Positions 1 to 12,952 of a DNA stretch of 64,000 nucleotides are shown here, piece by piece (the first letter of the stretch is position 1; every line of letters begins with the position of its first letter). This DNA is from Octopus vulgaris (Eukaryota), in the NCBI GenBank assembly GCA_951406725.2, contig OX597816.1:80786001-80850000 (forward strand), in the 5' to 3' direction. The notes beneath the pieces were generated by a model. That model saw nothing but the letters and a program-made list of their open reading frames with translations. It was not told the DNA's origin and did no database searches. A program made the translations under genes and the position numbers.

Positions 1-340
1 ATGTTCTAAGATTAATCAAAAGCAATTGATAAGTAAATAGGGTCATATCAAGATAAAATAGTTTCACTTTCAGAAAGCTATAAATACTGTACAATCTCCC
101 TAATAATTTTAAGGTGTTCTAAATGAAAAAATACTCGATGACTACTACATATATTTTAAGGATGAGAATGTTTCATATCTTAATTGATTTTATATTTATA
201 TAGATTCCCATTTACAGGCTCCACGAAGTGACTGTGATCCATACTTCAAAGGGTTACCACTGAAAACTTCATCCTTATGAGTCTATGGATAACAAGTCAG
301 CCTGGCTTGAGCTTATGTCTCACCATAATATTCGTTTCAC

Positions 341-538
341 AGTTTGGCAGAAAGCCAGCGATTTTGAGGGAGGTGTTAAGTTGATTACATCGACCTCAGT
401 GTTCAACGAATACTTAAGTTATCGACCCCGAAACGATTAAAGGCAAAGTCGACTTCGGCTAAATGTGAACTCCGAACGAAAGGACGGACGAAATGCCGCT
501 AAACATTGTGCTAACGGTTCTACCAACTCGCTGCCTTC
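341..538 (-). mobile_element. tRNA-derived SINE, family A (diverged copy)
   Basis: Contains ATCGACCCCGAAACGATTAAAGGCAAAGTCGACTTCGGC, the reverse complement of the core shared with the copies at 5731, 5967, 12953, 22961, 61176 and 62090. Confidence 0.8.
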
Positions 539-669
539 GTTTCTTTGCATAACATTACGACTACTACTGCAAAATCCCAGATATGAGAAGTAAGGAAATC
601 GGAGTGTCTTAACTGGGAATTGATATTCTTTAATTTAAACGCAAACACGAGATACTCACTACAATCCAG

Positions 670-870
670 TGAGGGAGCCTCAACACACTTTCTCGATTCG
701 CTGCAAATAACAGTAAAATCTCCTTTGAATCACACCTACGATCGTTAAAAGTATGGTCACATGAAGATTATTCCCTAGATGCATTACTTGTCAAGATGGA
801 GATGGATGGTTACATATGGAATAATTTTTATCAAGAATATGATTAATCACAAATGACCTGGAATAAAAAA
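670..870 (+). repeat. Old dispersed repeat, family D (degenerate)
   Basis: CTGCAAATAACAGTAAAATCTCCTTTGAATCACACCTAC. Loosely similar reverse-orientation segments occur near 1540-1665, 16470-16645, 27255-27455 and 35625-35870. Similarity judged by eye. Confidence 0.4.
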
Positions 871-1029
871 AATATATATATATATATTAACGATTCACCA
901 CACAACAACACTCGAATATTATATTCTATATATCACTGTATCACTGCTTCGACCATATTATCGGATATTGATATATACCCTTGGTCACCATACGCTTCCT
1001 CTCATTGTTGTAGCTTTCGAATGATGCCG

Positions 1030-1235
1030 TCTCGGTTGCTATACAGGTAGGCTGACAGTCCCTCTTGAATGGAACGCCGGCCAGTCGCTGGATTATTCAT
1101 TTACAGGTGAGTGTACTAGAACAACATGAAATGAAATCATTTGCTCAAGGACACAACCCACACTCGGTCTGGGAATCGAAAGCACGACCTTGCAATCGTG
1201 AATGCAACATCCTGACCACTAAGGTGCAGACCTTC
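1030..1235 (-). mobile_element. tRNA-derived SINE, family C head with a distinct tail
   Basis: Minus strand reads TTAGTGGTCAGGATGTTGCATTCACGATTGCAAGG...TTCGATTCCCAGACCG...GTTGTGTCCTTGAGCAAA, matching the head and core of the 10187-10530 copy. Confidence 0.7.
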
Positions 1236-1844
1236 AGATGTTCTACAATATATATTCCAGAAGAAAATAAAGAATACTTCTTCATATATTTTACAACATG
1301 ATAAATAGGATAGTACGTGCTAATACCCTTAATGCAATGGTCCAAGAAATTCGAATTAACACTAGACCCATTCCGATGAGAAAATGATCATTATCTTATG
1401 AACTTAGACTGAGTAGTTTGACTTTTGGTAACCAGAGTTATGCATTATAAATTAATCAACGATATTGAGTTCATAGAATGAAACAGTAAAAGTTGTGATG
1501 TCCATACTGTTTTAGAGTGGTAGAAATATGATCAAAATATTCTGACTATGATTATCCCACCTTTTGTCTGGATACCATTTTTTTAAAACGTTAGGTGTGC
1601 TAAGAGGGCGATTTGGTTGCTAATTCTAGCATGTGGGACGATCTTTCAGAGACATTCCTCTCTCATTAGCGATTAGTAACGAGGTAGCTCATTCAAGCTT
1701 TAAATGAAGTTTCTGACGTTTCGGGGATCATAGATAAATGAAGGCACAATACAGTTATGTAGAGTGTATACTTTCAGATGGGATGTGTATTGTAACCTCT
1801 CTTTTCCATAATTTTATTTTCACTGGATTGGCATGCGCAGCCAC

Positions 1845-2590
1845 TGTGGGAGTTACATCACGATCGATGGATGTAGGATCGGTCGCCCGGTATTTATAGA
1901 CGAAATGGTGTTACTTGTCTCAATGAGTCCGCTACCAAATGCTGCAAGGCAGGGATGACGATTAGTGTTGCGAAGACTGAGGCATTGGTTCTCTCAAGAA
2001 ACTCGTCCTAAGGCACTCTGCATGTTAGTGAAACATCATCACTGAAACAAGTGGAGAAGTTTAAATATTCTTGGGTCGGTATATACGTGTGACGGCAGGA
2101 AGATGGCTGAATTTGATGTTGGAATTACGGGTGCTGAACACTAATGCGTGAGCTCCACCCTTCGATAATCAGAAGAGAAGTTGATAAAAGAAAAAAAAAA
2201 ACTCGCTATCTTCATTTCAATTTTCGGGCCTATCGTCACCCATGATCATGAATGTTGGGTAATGAAAGAGTACTATCGCGAATGAAAGCATCCAAAATGG
2301 GGTTACTCCGAAGGGTTTCTGAATTAATGGTACTCAACTGGGTGCGTCGGAAAGCTGAGTGGCTTTCCACATCGAGCCGCTGTTTCTACATGTGATTAGA
2401 ATGTCGCAGAAAAAGAATCGCAAGACGGTTTCTTCCAGACAAGACAACCAGCAGGAGATCTAGGAGTGAACATAGAAGATTATGGTTCGATAATATCCAT
2501 AGTCTCAGTTAGTCGAACTTGGAATCAAGTCGAATAGTCGAATGACATTTGCTTCTGATAGAACCCTATGAGGGAGAAGCCTGAGGAGAA
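1845..2590 (+). mobile_element. RTE-clade LINE, decayed 3' part of the reverse transcriptase
   Basis: Manual translation across frameshifts gives GCRIGRPVFIDEMVLLVS (decayed LFADD motif), CKAGMTISVAKTEALVLSR, LKQVEKFKY and PIVTHDHECWVM...ASKMGLLRRVS. These follow RTE RT C-terminal motifs in the expected order. Confidence 0.75.
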
Positions 2591-2629
2591 TGTATGCCTC
2601 GTTAAAGCTTCATGTTAATTGCAGAGCAA

Positions 2630-2795
2630 TATACATACATACATACATACATATATACATACACACAGACAGACAGACAGACGTGTGTATGTATGTATGT
2701 ATGTATGTATGTATGTATGTATGTATGTATGTATGTATGTATGTGTGTATGTATGTATGTATGTGTGTATGTATGTATGCATGCATGTATATGCA
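2630..2795. repeat. (CATA)n/(CAGA)n followed by (TATG)n microsatellite
   Basis: Directly visible. The two halves are reverse complements of each other. Confidence 0.95.
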
Positions 2796-3041
2796 TATTA
2801 TAATACGATTAACGACTCCAAATCGTTGTCATAGTATCCATGTAAGAGGAGTGTGGACCGACTACTGGCAACGAATCATGTAATCGTATAAGTTGTTATA
2901 ACGAAACTAAACCAAATAGACGTATTTTCATATCATTTAATACGTACGTTCAAGTCTGCGTATATATAAATACACACACGTACATATTCATAGATATACA
3001 TTGAGATTTACATAAATGTACATACAGAAATATATTGAGAT

Positions 3042-3090
<49 letters not shown>

Positions 3091-3853
3091 ACGTGTGTTT
3101 GTGTGTGTCTTCATTTGTTTTAGCACATTAGTCTTTTCATCTTATTTAGAGGTGAGGAGTAAATTCGATGCGAAACTTAACAGTTTATTACAAAGATGTA
3201 CAAAAAACAAACTTTATTCAAATGTCAATAAATCAGCAGCAAAGTATTATAATTGATTGCATGTAATAACATTGTTCAAACATAAAGAATCTTTACCGCT
3301 CACGCAGGCTTTCCAATGTGCCGCTTTATTCCCATAAGAACGTAATATTTCGAGCATCAAGAATTATTAACAATAATGTTATAGGGTTAAAGGTTAGCAA
3401 CGATTAAGAACTATTACATAGAATAATACTACACCAGCAACCGAGAGTTGAGCCTCTGTTGCACGCATATACATTCAATTTACTAACAGATTACCATAAA
3501 TGTAACAGCGTTTATCACTTTCTGCAGATCTCCCAAAGGAAACGCTCAAAGTATGAGCACGCTTAATGATTTTCTGAAAATTATTTTTATTCAGTTTTGT
3601 ATTTCATTAATTCACGTATTATTTTAATGTACTGTTTTTTGTTTGTTTGTTTGTTTTTTTTCATTTTGCCTTTTACTTCCCCCGCCATTTTCTGCAACTG
3701 AAACTATTTTTGGTCATCACGATTTTCATTTCTACATGATGTTATCTGCAAACTAATTAGCTCGGAATTAAAACTGAAATAATTCTCCTTGAAACAGAAG
3801 TAAATTTGTCAAGAGCACGAATTTATAGAATTCGTAGAAAATTACTTAACCGT

Positions 3854-3891
<38 letters not shown>

Positions 3892-5426
3892 TGTATACAT
3901 GTCTCAGAATATGTATGCATCGAATTCTTCATTAACTTACGTGTTCACATAAATAGATGTGGAAATATGCATGTAAATGATAAAGCGTATGTGAAAAGTG
4001 TGTGTGTGCATGCGCACGCTTGCTTGTGTGTATATAAGTATATAAGTAAATTTATTATAGCATTAGTAGTATGAAGTTCAAAGATAATAAAGGTGGAGTT
4101 GTTTGTGTCAATCTAATCAGTAATTGCTTCTTTCTTCATTTCTCTCTTAATTTCATTTTTTTATCTTTCTTTTCTTGTCTTTTTACCTTTTCTTTTCTTT
4201 CGCTTATTTTCTTCCTTTCTATACTTATATAATTTCTCTTCATCAGCACACTCTGTCCTCTATTTTTTTTTCTATTTTTTCATTTCCTACTAGTTTAGCC
4301 TTCACGCTTTCATCTCCAATTTCTCTCCGTTCTTTCTTTTATCTTATATCTATTTCTTCCGACTTTCCATTTTCTTCAGCTCGCTTCTTCGACTCTAGTC
4401 TCTTTCCTTTTCATCTTTTCGTTCTTTGCACATTAAAATACGCTAACACATTCGTCATTGTTTTATTTCATTCACACTATCAAAAGGGCAAACGTACGCT
4501 TCGTTACGACAATGCACTGAAGATAAAATCAGTGATAGTAGACTGCCGCATGTAGATTCAACTTCAACAGAACCTCGCCAGCTCAAGGTTACATTATTCT
4601 GACTGATCCAAAATGAATTCCTGAAGTGATAGATAGCTAGATGGTGAGAGAGAATGGAGTGACACATAGGAAGATATACAAATATGCGCTGCAGCTATGC
4701 TGAAAAATGAGACTTCAGATTCAATTGTTTCGCAGGTAGTAGAAGGAATGTAAAGAAGACATTTGTCAGTGAAAGGTGTCAACCATCCTGATTAAAAGAA
4801 AAGTGCAAATTAACTGAAGCGAAGCGAAATCCCATCGCAAATACAGATAACCGAGTGATAATCTCCACTAAATATTTAACACAGTTACTACTAAAACCTT
4901 CGCTGAGATAGCAACTTGTATTCACCATCCATTAGTTTCCCCACGCTATTTCCTCTGTCAGGCGTGTCTCCTTGTCATTTAGGGAGATCGAGAATTACTG
5001 CGTTGATTTCACCGCCATACCAACAAGAGTTTGTCAACCTGCAGAGTCGCCCCAACCAACGTCCTCGTCCCTGTTCTTGCTGCTGCTGCGATTGATGTGG
5101 TTGCTATCGCTATTGTTGCTATAGCTGCTGCTGCTCAATGTTTTTCTCATGCAAGTGTCCTCGAATAAAGCTGATATAAGTTTTCCTTGCTACACTCTCC
5201 CTCAATCTGATAGTGGACATTACTGACGCTATAATTCCAAACGTGCTTTTTGCAGCATATTTTGTATCCCCTTTCTTCAGCCAGAGAAGTAGGGGTCCTT
5301 AATCGAAATGTTCACAAAAGGATTACCACAGTAAATAAATTGTCTTCAACAGAACTTTACACATTTTTTCCAGTCAGTATCATGCAAATAATAATAATAA
5401 TAATAATAATGATAATAATAATGATA

Positions 5427-5460
<34 letters not shown>

Positions 5461-5461
<1 letters not shown>

Positions 5462-5678
5462 CCTGTTTAATATAGGTACAAGGCCTGACATTTCAACAGA
5501 GGAGTGAAATCGATTACATCGACTCCTGTACACAACTGGTACTTAATTTATCGACCACGAATGTACGAAAGGCAAAGTCGACCTCGGCGGAAATTGAACT
5601 AGAGTGTGGAAAACAGACAAAAAATGCTGTTAAGCATTTTATCCGGCACGCTAACAACTCTGTCAATTCACCGTCTTA
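5461..5678 (-). mobile_element. SINE family A
   Basis: GGTACTTAATTTATCGACCACGAATGTACGAAAGGCAAAGTCGACCTCGGCGGAAATTGAACT, flanked by (AAT)n. Confidence 0.85.
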
Positions 5679-5730
5679 ATAATAATAATAATTATTATTA
5701 TTATTATCATTATTATTATTATTATTAATT

Positions 5731-5950
5731 CAAGGCGGCGAGCTGGCAGAATCATTAGCATGCCGGGTGAAATGCTTAGCGGTATTTCGTCTGTCTTCGT
5801 GTTCTGAGTTCAAATACTGCCGAGGTCAAATTTCCCTTTCATCCTTTCGGAGTCGATAGATTAAGCACCAGTTACGCACTGGGGTTGATATAATCGATAT
5901 AATTTGTTTCCCCAAATTTGAGGCCCTGTGTTTTCTGTAGAAAGGATTAC
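5731..5950 (+). mobile_element. SINE family A, full length
   Basis: Head AAGGCGGCGAGCTGGCAGAATCATTAG, B-box-like GAGTTCAAAT and core CCTTTCATCCTTTCGGAGTCGATA. Confidence 0.9.
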
Positions 5951-5966
5951 TATTATTAATAATATT

Positions 5967-6350
5967 AAAGCGGCGAGCTGGCAGAATCGTTAGCGCGCTG
6001 GACGAAATGCTTAGCGGTATTTCGTCCGTCGTTCGTTGTGAGCTCAAATTCCGCCGAGGTCGACTTTGCCTTTCATCCTTTCGGGATCGATAAATTAAGT
6101 ACCAGTTACGCACTGGGGCCGATGTAATCAACTTAATCCGTTAAGTCTATCCTTGTTTGTCCCCTCTGTGAGTAGTAAAGAAATAGGTATTTCGCCCGTC
6201 GCTCAGTTCTGAGTTCAAAATCTACAGTGATCGACATTGCCTTTCATCCTTTCAGATTCGATAAATTAAGTATAAGTGAACCACAGGGATTGATGTAATC
6301 GACTAGTCCCCTCTCTCCAAATCTGATGCCTTGTGCCTCCCGTAGAAAAT
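5967..6350 (+). mobile_element. SINE family A, a full copy followed by a 5'-truncated second copy from about 6186
   Basis: The core GTCGACTTTGCCTTTCATCCTTTCGGGATCGATAAATTAAGTACC occurs at about 6058 and again at about 6230. Confidence 0.85.
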
Positions 6351-6400
6351 ATTATTATTATTATTATCATGATTATTATTATTATTATTATTATTATTAA

Positions 6401-6434
<34 letters not shown>

Positions 6435-6664
6435 AATATAGAGTTGCATTCAAATTCAGGAATGCTTTGTCAAGTTTACTTAGAAATATGCGGTAGGGAG
6501 AAGTAAGAACGTAAAAATAAATGGAAACCAATCAAAATGGAGTTCAAAGAATTTTATAGAGAACGAATAGCAAACGTGAATGGGGAAGAGCGAGAAATAC
6601 TTTGAAAGAAAGGATCTATTTATGGGTACTTTAGTTTTACGCAAACACACAACACACGCACAAT

Positions 6665-6735
<71 letters not shown>

Positions 6736-6794
6736 ATATATGTATATATACATATATTTATACACATACACACACACGTGTATATATATATACG

Positions 6795-7080
6795 TGCATC
6801 AGAAAATAACTGTTACTCAGAGTTTCACGTTTCCGTTCGGCGGACAGTTGTGATCAGGACTAGAATAAAATTGTGGTGGTACATGTAATATATTATTTGA
6901 TATAATTCAATTTGACGATTGAGCATCTGATTTTCTTTGGCTTATTTTCATAACAGAAACGGTGCTGGATTTGCAAACGGATGGGCGGGTTGAGAATGTA
7001 TAAATTGAACAGTACAATATAAATATGTTATATTATATCGAAAAAAACTTGAGTGAAGAAGGGAGTAATGCATGTCCAGA
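6795..7080 (-). mobile_element. Probable Penelope-like terminal repeat remnant carrying a hammerhead-like fold
   Basis: Type I minimal hammerhead topology at 6808-6849 (minus), next to an (AT)n tract. The extent beyond the fold is inferred. Confidence 0.45.
6808..6849 (-). ncRNA. Minimal type I hammerhead ribozyme-like motif with two core substitutions
   Basis: Minus strand: AACTGT-CCGCCGA-ACG GAAA CGT-GAA-ACTC T GAGT-A-ACAGTT. Stems I, II and III all pair perfectly. The core CCGCCGA differs from the consensus CUGANGA at two positions. Confidence 0.65.
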
Positions 7081-8109
7081 AGAGATTAATTAAAAATTAG
7101 TAATTAATAGAGGTGAAAGTTCGCTATTATGAATTTAAAAATCATTGATTAAGGAAGTTACATATACACACACATACAAAGATATAAGTTTATGACTATG
7201 TAAACATTTGCAAAATATACAACTGTTAAAGCCAGTTCTTTTGGTCAAACTATCGTATCTCCCGCTGCTCCAGATGCCAAGATATGAAAATTGTCAAAGT
7301 GTAGTACAAGGGTTTAGGATTTTTCAAAAGCATAGTAAGTCCCATATATGACTGTTTTGCAAAAATATTTCTGACTATCATGCATGCTCGGAGTTACGAT
7401 TTTATGCACCCACCAAGGTATTATTGTTAAGCTCAAAGTGTTGCTAATATAAAAAGAAATGGAATAGTGAAACTATTTTTTCGTTTTCTGAAAAAAGCAA
7501 CGTTTTGCACTAACGACACCTTTGCATAATAGCAACGGTATGTATACGAATGCAAGCATAAGTGAGCACATACACACATACATGCATATGCATATATATT
7601 CACGTGCATACATGTATAAACACATCTTTACATATATACGCGTCCATATCAACACAGAGATATCCACAATTATACACACACACACACACTTATATACATA
7701 TATATATATGCGGTCACCAGAGAAAAAAGAGAGAAGTAAGGGGTAGAAACAGATACAGATGGTGGGGATCTTTATCTATTTAAGTAAAGATACACACACA
7801 CACACACACATGCGCTTATGTGCGTATAATGTGCATAGATACAACAGAGCCTGTACATTAGGGTGGAGCGAAAAATGCAACTTTTGAAGTTGATAACCAA
7901 GAATCGATATTTTGTTGCGAATTAGGGTTAAAAGCAAGGTGTTTAAAAAAATTTGCAGTTAGATACTTTTTCAAGCACCGCAACACAATTGAACATTTTT
8001 TAAATCGCTATTTTCAGTCGAATTTTGGATTTCGTGGATTATAAGTCGTAAAAATTTGCGACAAAGCAGAATGCAGAAAAGTAAATATAGTATCCTTAAG
8101 AGGTTGTGT

Positions 8110-8530
8110 ACCAAGTTTCAATACAAGTGACTAATACCTCAAGCAGGAGAATCCAGTCATGGCTCTCAGACAATTTCTGCGACCACATTATCCCTAAAAT
8201 CTGGCCACCTAACTCCCCAGATTATTACGTGTGGACGCATTTGGGTGAGAGACCACCAAAACTCATTCTAGCACCAAAGATGATCTGAAGGCAACGATTA
8301 TAACAGCATTCACCAACTTAAACAAGACCATCAAGAAGAGTGGCATGATGTTCCGAAGTCGTCTCGAGGCCGTGGTTGAAGCCAATGGCGATTTTATTGA
8401 ATGGATTATCTCTTTAGTATTTCAACATATTTTTCTATAGTTTTGCTAAATATATATGTTAAAATCTGATGTCAGTGTTATTTTCATTTTTGCCTAATTT
8501 AGACAACAGTTTATTCACCGCACCCTGTAT
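8110..8530 (+). mobile_element. Tc1/mariner-superfamily transposon, 3' remnant
   Basis: ORF 8106-8288 contains RRIQSWLSDNFCDHIIPKIWPPNSPDYYVW, a Tc1-type WPxxSPDLNPxD motif with a deletion. The segment ends in a TIR-like CACCGCACCCTG followed by TA. Confidence 0.8.
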
Positions 8531-8620
8531 ATATTTAAACACACACGCGGATATATATACACACACGCGCGCATATATATACACATACATATGTATACAT
8601 ATACGTACACACACACACAC

Positions 8621-8678
<58 letters not shown>

Positions 8679-9235
8679 CATATTACCGTGCATAAAAGTG
8701 ACCAGGCTGGTCAAAACCAAACGGCTAAGATCGCCTAGAGAATGTACTGAATATAGATGCATACATACGCATAGGTATTCTATGTATATGCATATGCACT
8801 ATATCTAAATGCTTGCCTAAATATCTATGAAGGGATATAAACACATCCCTATATGCACACAAACACCACACACACTAACACACACAAACAAACACACACA
8901 TTAACACGTACTAACGCACAAATACAAAGTCACACTGGCACATGCGTAGGCGTGTATGTAGGTGTATGTAACGGCGTGTGTAAATGCGGCATATTAAAAA
9001 GCAGTATGAAGAAAGAATAAATGCAAAGCTTTCAGCGAGTATTTCCGTTCTTCTATTTTAACCGACGTCATATATTTATTTATATTAATATTCATGTAAT
9101 TGTCAGGAATATATTATACGTGTAATGAATTCATGTGTATATGCAAACATATCTATATGCGGGCATCTATGTACATACATAGATACGTATACGTATGCGT
9201 ACATAAGAACATCCGTATGAATGTATGAGTGTGTG

Positions 9236-9510
9236 TGTGTGGCTTAGTAGCTAAGATGTTGCTCTCACGATCGCGAGATAGTGGTTTCAATACCTAGGTG
9301 GTGCGTTGTGTTCTTGAGCAAAATAATTCATCTCGCGTAGCTTTACGATCACTTCGATGCTTGACGCGTGGTACACCGTGCACCTGCTCAAGCAACGTCG
9401 ATTTATTGGAAGGTGTGTGCTAATGTACAGTACATACATTTGATCATTATATACAAATCATTTGTGCAGGTTGTTCGGCAAGAAATGTTAAACATTCATA
9501 CGTCGTCTTC
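9236..9510 (+). mobile_element. SINE family C head with type-2 tail
   Basis: GTGGCTTAGTAGCTAAGATGTTGCTCTCACGATCGCGAG...GTTGTGTTCTTGAGCAAA. The tail matches 41686-41940. Confidence 0.75.
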
Positions 9511-9838
9511 GCATTGATATATATGCATAATTCTTCGTCTGTTGTATTTATATATTGCCTTGTTTGTTTCTGTCTCAGCATACATTCGCTAGGTTTTTCC
9601 CAGTAGCTTCATAACAGCACTGGCACCTCCAAGACTGAGTGGTCTCAATGATAATGGTGCGAAACCACGATAATATTTTGGTTCATTGACTGACGAGGAA
9701 AACCCAGCTGCGAATATTCCGTGTATTGTCTCTTTGTATATATTCCCCGTCCATTAAATTTTCGACTAGTTTCCCGTTTGCTCTGCTTTCGTCTAAATTT
9801 TTCTCGTTGTGTTCTGTGTGTTCAATCTTTGATATATA

Positions 9839-9871
<33 letters not shown>

Positions 9872-9883
9872 ATGTGTGTGTGT

Positions 9884-10170
9884 GTGTGAAGCTCCACCAA
9901 CTATTCTGCTTATATGTCTGTGCACACCTTTGAATGCAGTGTATGCCAGAAGGTTTGCAAATCTAACAGAAGCTTCAAAAGACATTTTCAGATACACAAA
10001 CATCAGAACTTATCTGTAGGTATTGGTGGTCAAAATTGGATGTGCAAACTATGTGGGTGTCTTTTCAGAACATTGTTTGGTTTAAAAAGCCACATCAGAT
10101 GTCATTATGATTCTAAGGTGTAGGCACAGAAGGTGGTCAAAATTTGCATAAGGAGTAGACAACCACCATT
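9884..10170 (+). mobile_element. 3' end of a probable RTE-type LINE encoding two C2H2 zinc fingers
   Basis: ORF 9914-10123 has CSVCQKVCKSNRSFKRHFQIH and CKLCGCLFRTLFGLKSHIRCH. The GLxSHxRxH ending just before the stop is typical of RTE ORF2 C-termini. There is no TGEKP linker, and the segment sits between microsatellites. Confidence 0.6.
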
Positions 10171-10186
10171 TATATATATATGTATA

Positions 10187-10530
10187 GGGGTAAAGACCCC
10201 CTTCGGTCATGAATGACCATAGGATTGCACCTAGAAAGTTACCCTCCTAGACACAAGTCCGGGCAAGGTTGTTTATGGAAGACCAGCAGTCGCCCATGCA
10301 TACCAGCCTCCCCTCTCCACGCCACCAATGTTATCCAAGGGAAAGACAAAGGTCGATACAGCTTGGCACCACTGACGTCGCAACTCATTTCTACAGCTGA
10401 GTGAACTGGAGCAACGTGAAATAAAGTGCCTTGCTCAAGAACACAACACGCAGCCCGGTCCGGGATTCGAGCTCACAACCTCACGATCGTAAGCTCGACG
10501 CTCTAACCACTGAGCCATGCGCCTTCACAC
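10187..10530 (-). mobile_element. SINE family C, well-preserved full-length copy
   Basis: Pol III A box TGGCTCAGTGG (10517-10507) and B-box-like GCTCGAATCC (10472-10463) in a tRNA-like head, followed by about 250 bp of body. Confidence 0.9.
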
Positions 10531-12362
10531 AAGAGCTAAGAAATGAAGTAGATAGCGAGCGGAACCTCAAAAGTGATAAATATCCAAGCGAGGTGTATAA
10601 CGCAGGTTAATCTTCAGGTCAAGGTCTTGGCTTGAAGAGTAGATAGATTGAAGATAGATTCATTGTACGAGAGTATGTATGTATGTATGTATGTATGTAT
10701 GTATATGCGCATGCAACGATATACTGTTTCATTTTATATACGCATGTCAAAACTAGTTTTGAACAAGCGGAACGGAGACAATGTAACAACCTGACTTCTG
10801 TTTCTTTTTATGTTGTGTTCTGCTTCAGTGTAGTGAGTATACTCTCTTTTTGCTTCTATTAACAATATCTAAATATGATCCCTCAAGATAAGGCTTAGTG
10901 CAGTCTTCATCACCGAAGAATTCGATAAATTTTGCCTCAGTAGTTTCTTTTTTGTCTCTCATTATAAAAATTATGTCCGCCAAGTACCAGATGCGAATAC
11001 CGGGATTTAGGTTGAATAAGGGGCCACTGATGAACCATATTTATCGATTGCCTAGTCTCTTACCAAATACATGTGTCGTGTCACATTGCTATGGTGAACG
11101 TTGATTGCTTTTCAGATTATTGTTCAGGATCTTCTTAATTATGGTTTCTCTAAGCTTTATTGAGTGTCCTTATGTACCACTTGACGTTAACAGTACAGTC
11201 ACATTCCAGAAAAGTGAAGGGGAATAACGCCCTTGTCATTCTCCCCGAAACAGTCATCAGGACTTATTTGCCGATCACTGGCTCTAGAATATCCTTGGCC
11301 TTGGAGAAGTATAATATCGATTTTATATCGATTTAGCTTTTGTTCTCGATTCGTAAAAAAATATAGTCAAGTTCATACGAAGTCACTAAATCAGAAAAGG
11401 TGAATCTTCTTTTATTTCAAAACCTTTTAGCAATTCAGAGCAGTCTTCCACTATTCTCTGCTTCAAATCGGGTGGCAGCTGCTGAGCTGCCCACTTTGCA
11501 AAGACATTTTCCGTTACCTAGAATCTTACATCGTAAAAATGCAACTACTATCCAGTTGTGCATTGAGCAAAAGGGTTGTCACTTCGCTGTCGGTACAAAA
11601 GAATGTGTCTACTGCATGACGAATCGTGTCAGTAGTCGCAGCTGCTTGTCTCACAGCACGAAGTTTACCTTCAGTGTCAATTTCCTTTTCTCTACATGTT
11701 TCTAACCATCTGTGTACATTATTATTCACGGTGGTATCATCCTCTTACGCTACCTCACCTTTCCCTCGACAAGATCTCAATGACAACACTTCGTCTCTGT
11801 TGGAACCCTTATTATATATGCAACGAAGAAGACCGGGAATAATAGCAATTACAGAGGATGAGTTACTCTACCAACATGCGTGTTTTAAACAAAACACGCC
11901 AAGCTATTAAAAGGATATACCCGCTTTTGCATTACTTTTGGGACAAACCAAATATATACGTATGCCTATAAGATTTTATATATATATATATATATATATA
12001 TCATACATTATCTTTACATTTTATATACCACCTCAATACGTTCAAAGGTATTTATATGTAGGTATTCATATTTCTTCATACAAATATATTTGCACATGTG
12101 TGTATCTTTGTACTTACGCACGCGCATGTAGGAGTGTGATTTTGGCTGTGGGTAATTTTATTTTTGTGCAATGTCATAAATCCAAGCGCGTTATAGCGCT
12201 CTCTGTTTAAAACATATGCATGTATATGCATTAATGCGTATATAAAACATATATTATCATATTATCAAGAATTAGATATGTTTATACTACGCCTTGTGCA
12301 TGTCTATGTATATACATATGTGTGTGTGTGAGTGCGTGTGTGTGTACGTGGGCGTGATTTGC

Positions 12363-12405
<43 letters not shown>

Positions 12406-12952
12406 TGCGTGTATATATATATATAGAGAGAGAGAGAGACATGTACATACGCAGGAATACACACATATGCACACGTACATATTAATCATTAATGTTTTCA
12501 GCTTGCATCACAGCTTTCGTCAATCCTCAAACCGCTATCCAACTTATTTTTATTAACGTTCTTGTTAATATTTACATTATTTACATATTTCAAAAGAATG
12601 CCATAAAGTACATATTTACATGGGTAGCATATTATATAATATTATATTACCTATGTGCTTTGTATGTGTGTTTCTCATGGTTACCTTTGATCCAGCATAA
12701 TGGCCTTCCAATAATGCGACGAAGTGTGTGATTTCGCATCCTTCATGCATTAACTGTTGTAAGTAATTGTACATTGTTTTCTGTGACGACCGAAACCTCG
12801 CAAGTTGGTCTTGCCTCCCGGAAGTGAAGGCTATAATCTGTAGGCATCAATAGTATCATTACAGTTAGGAATAATACATCAAAAACAGAGCTAATGACGT
12901 GAAAATCGGACCCGACTGGGTATCGTATTTCTTCTTAATATTTCGTAGTATT

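Noticed and set aside
10455-10530. tRNA-like sequence
   Set aside because: It is the head of a multi-copy SINE and continues into the SINE body, so it is not a tRNA gene.
11230-11900. Complex segment with faint resemblance to an LTR-retrotransposon gag on the minus strand, plus a 9 bp hairpin at 11878-11899
   Set aside because: No diagnostic motif could be read with confidence. It needs a translated search.
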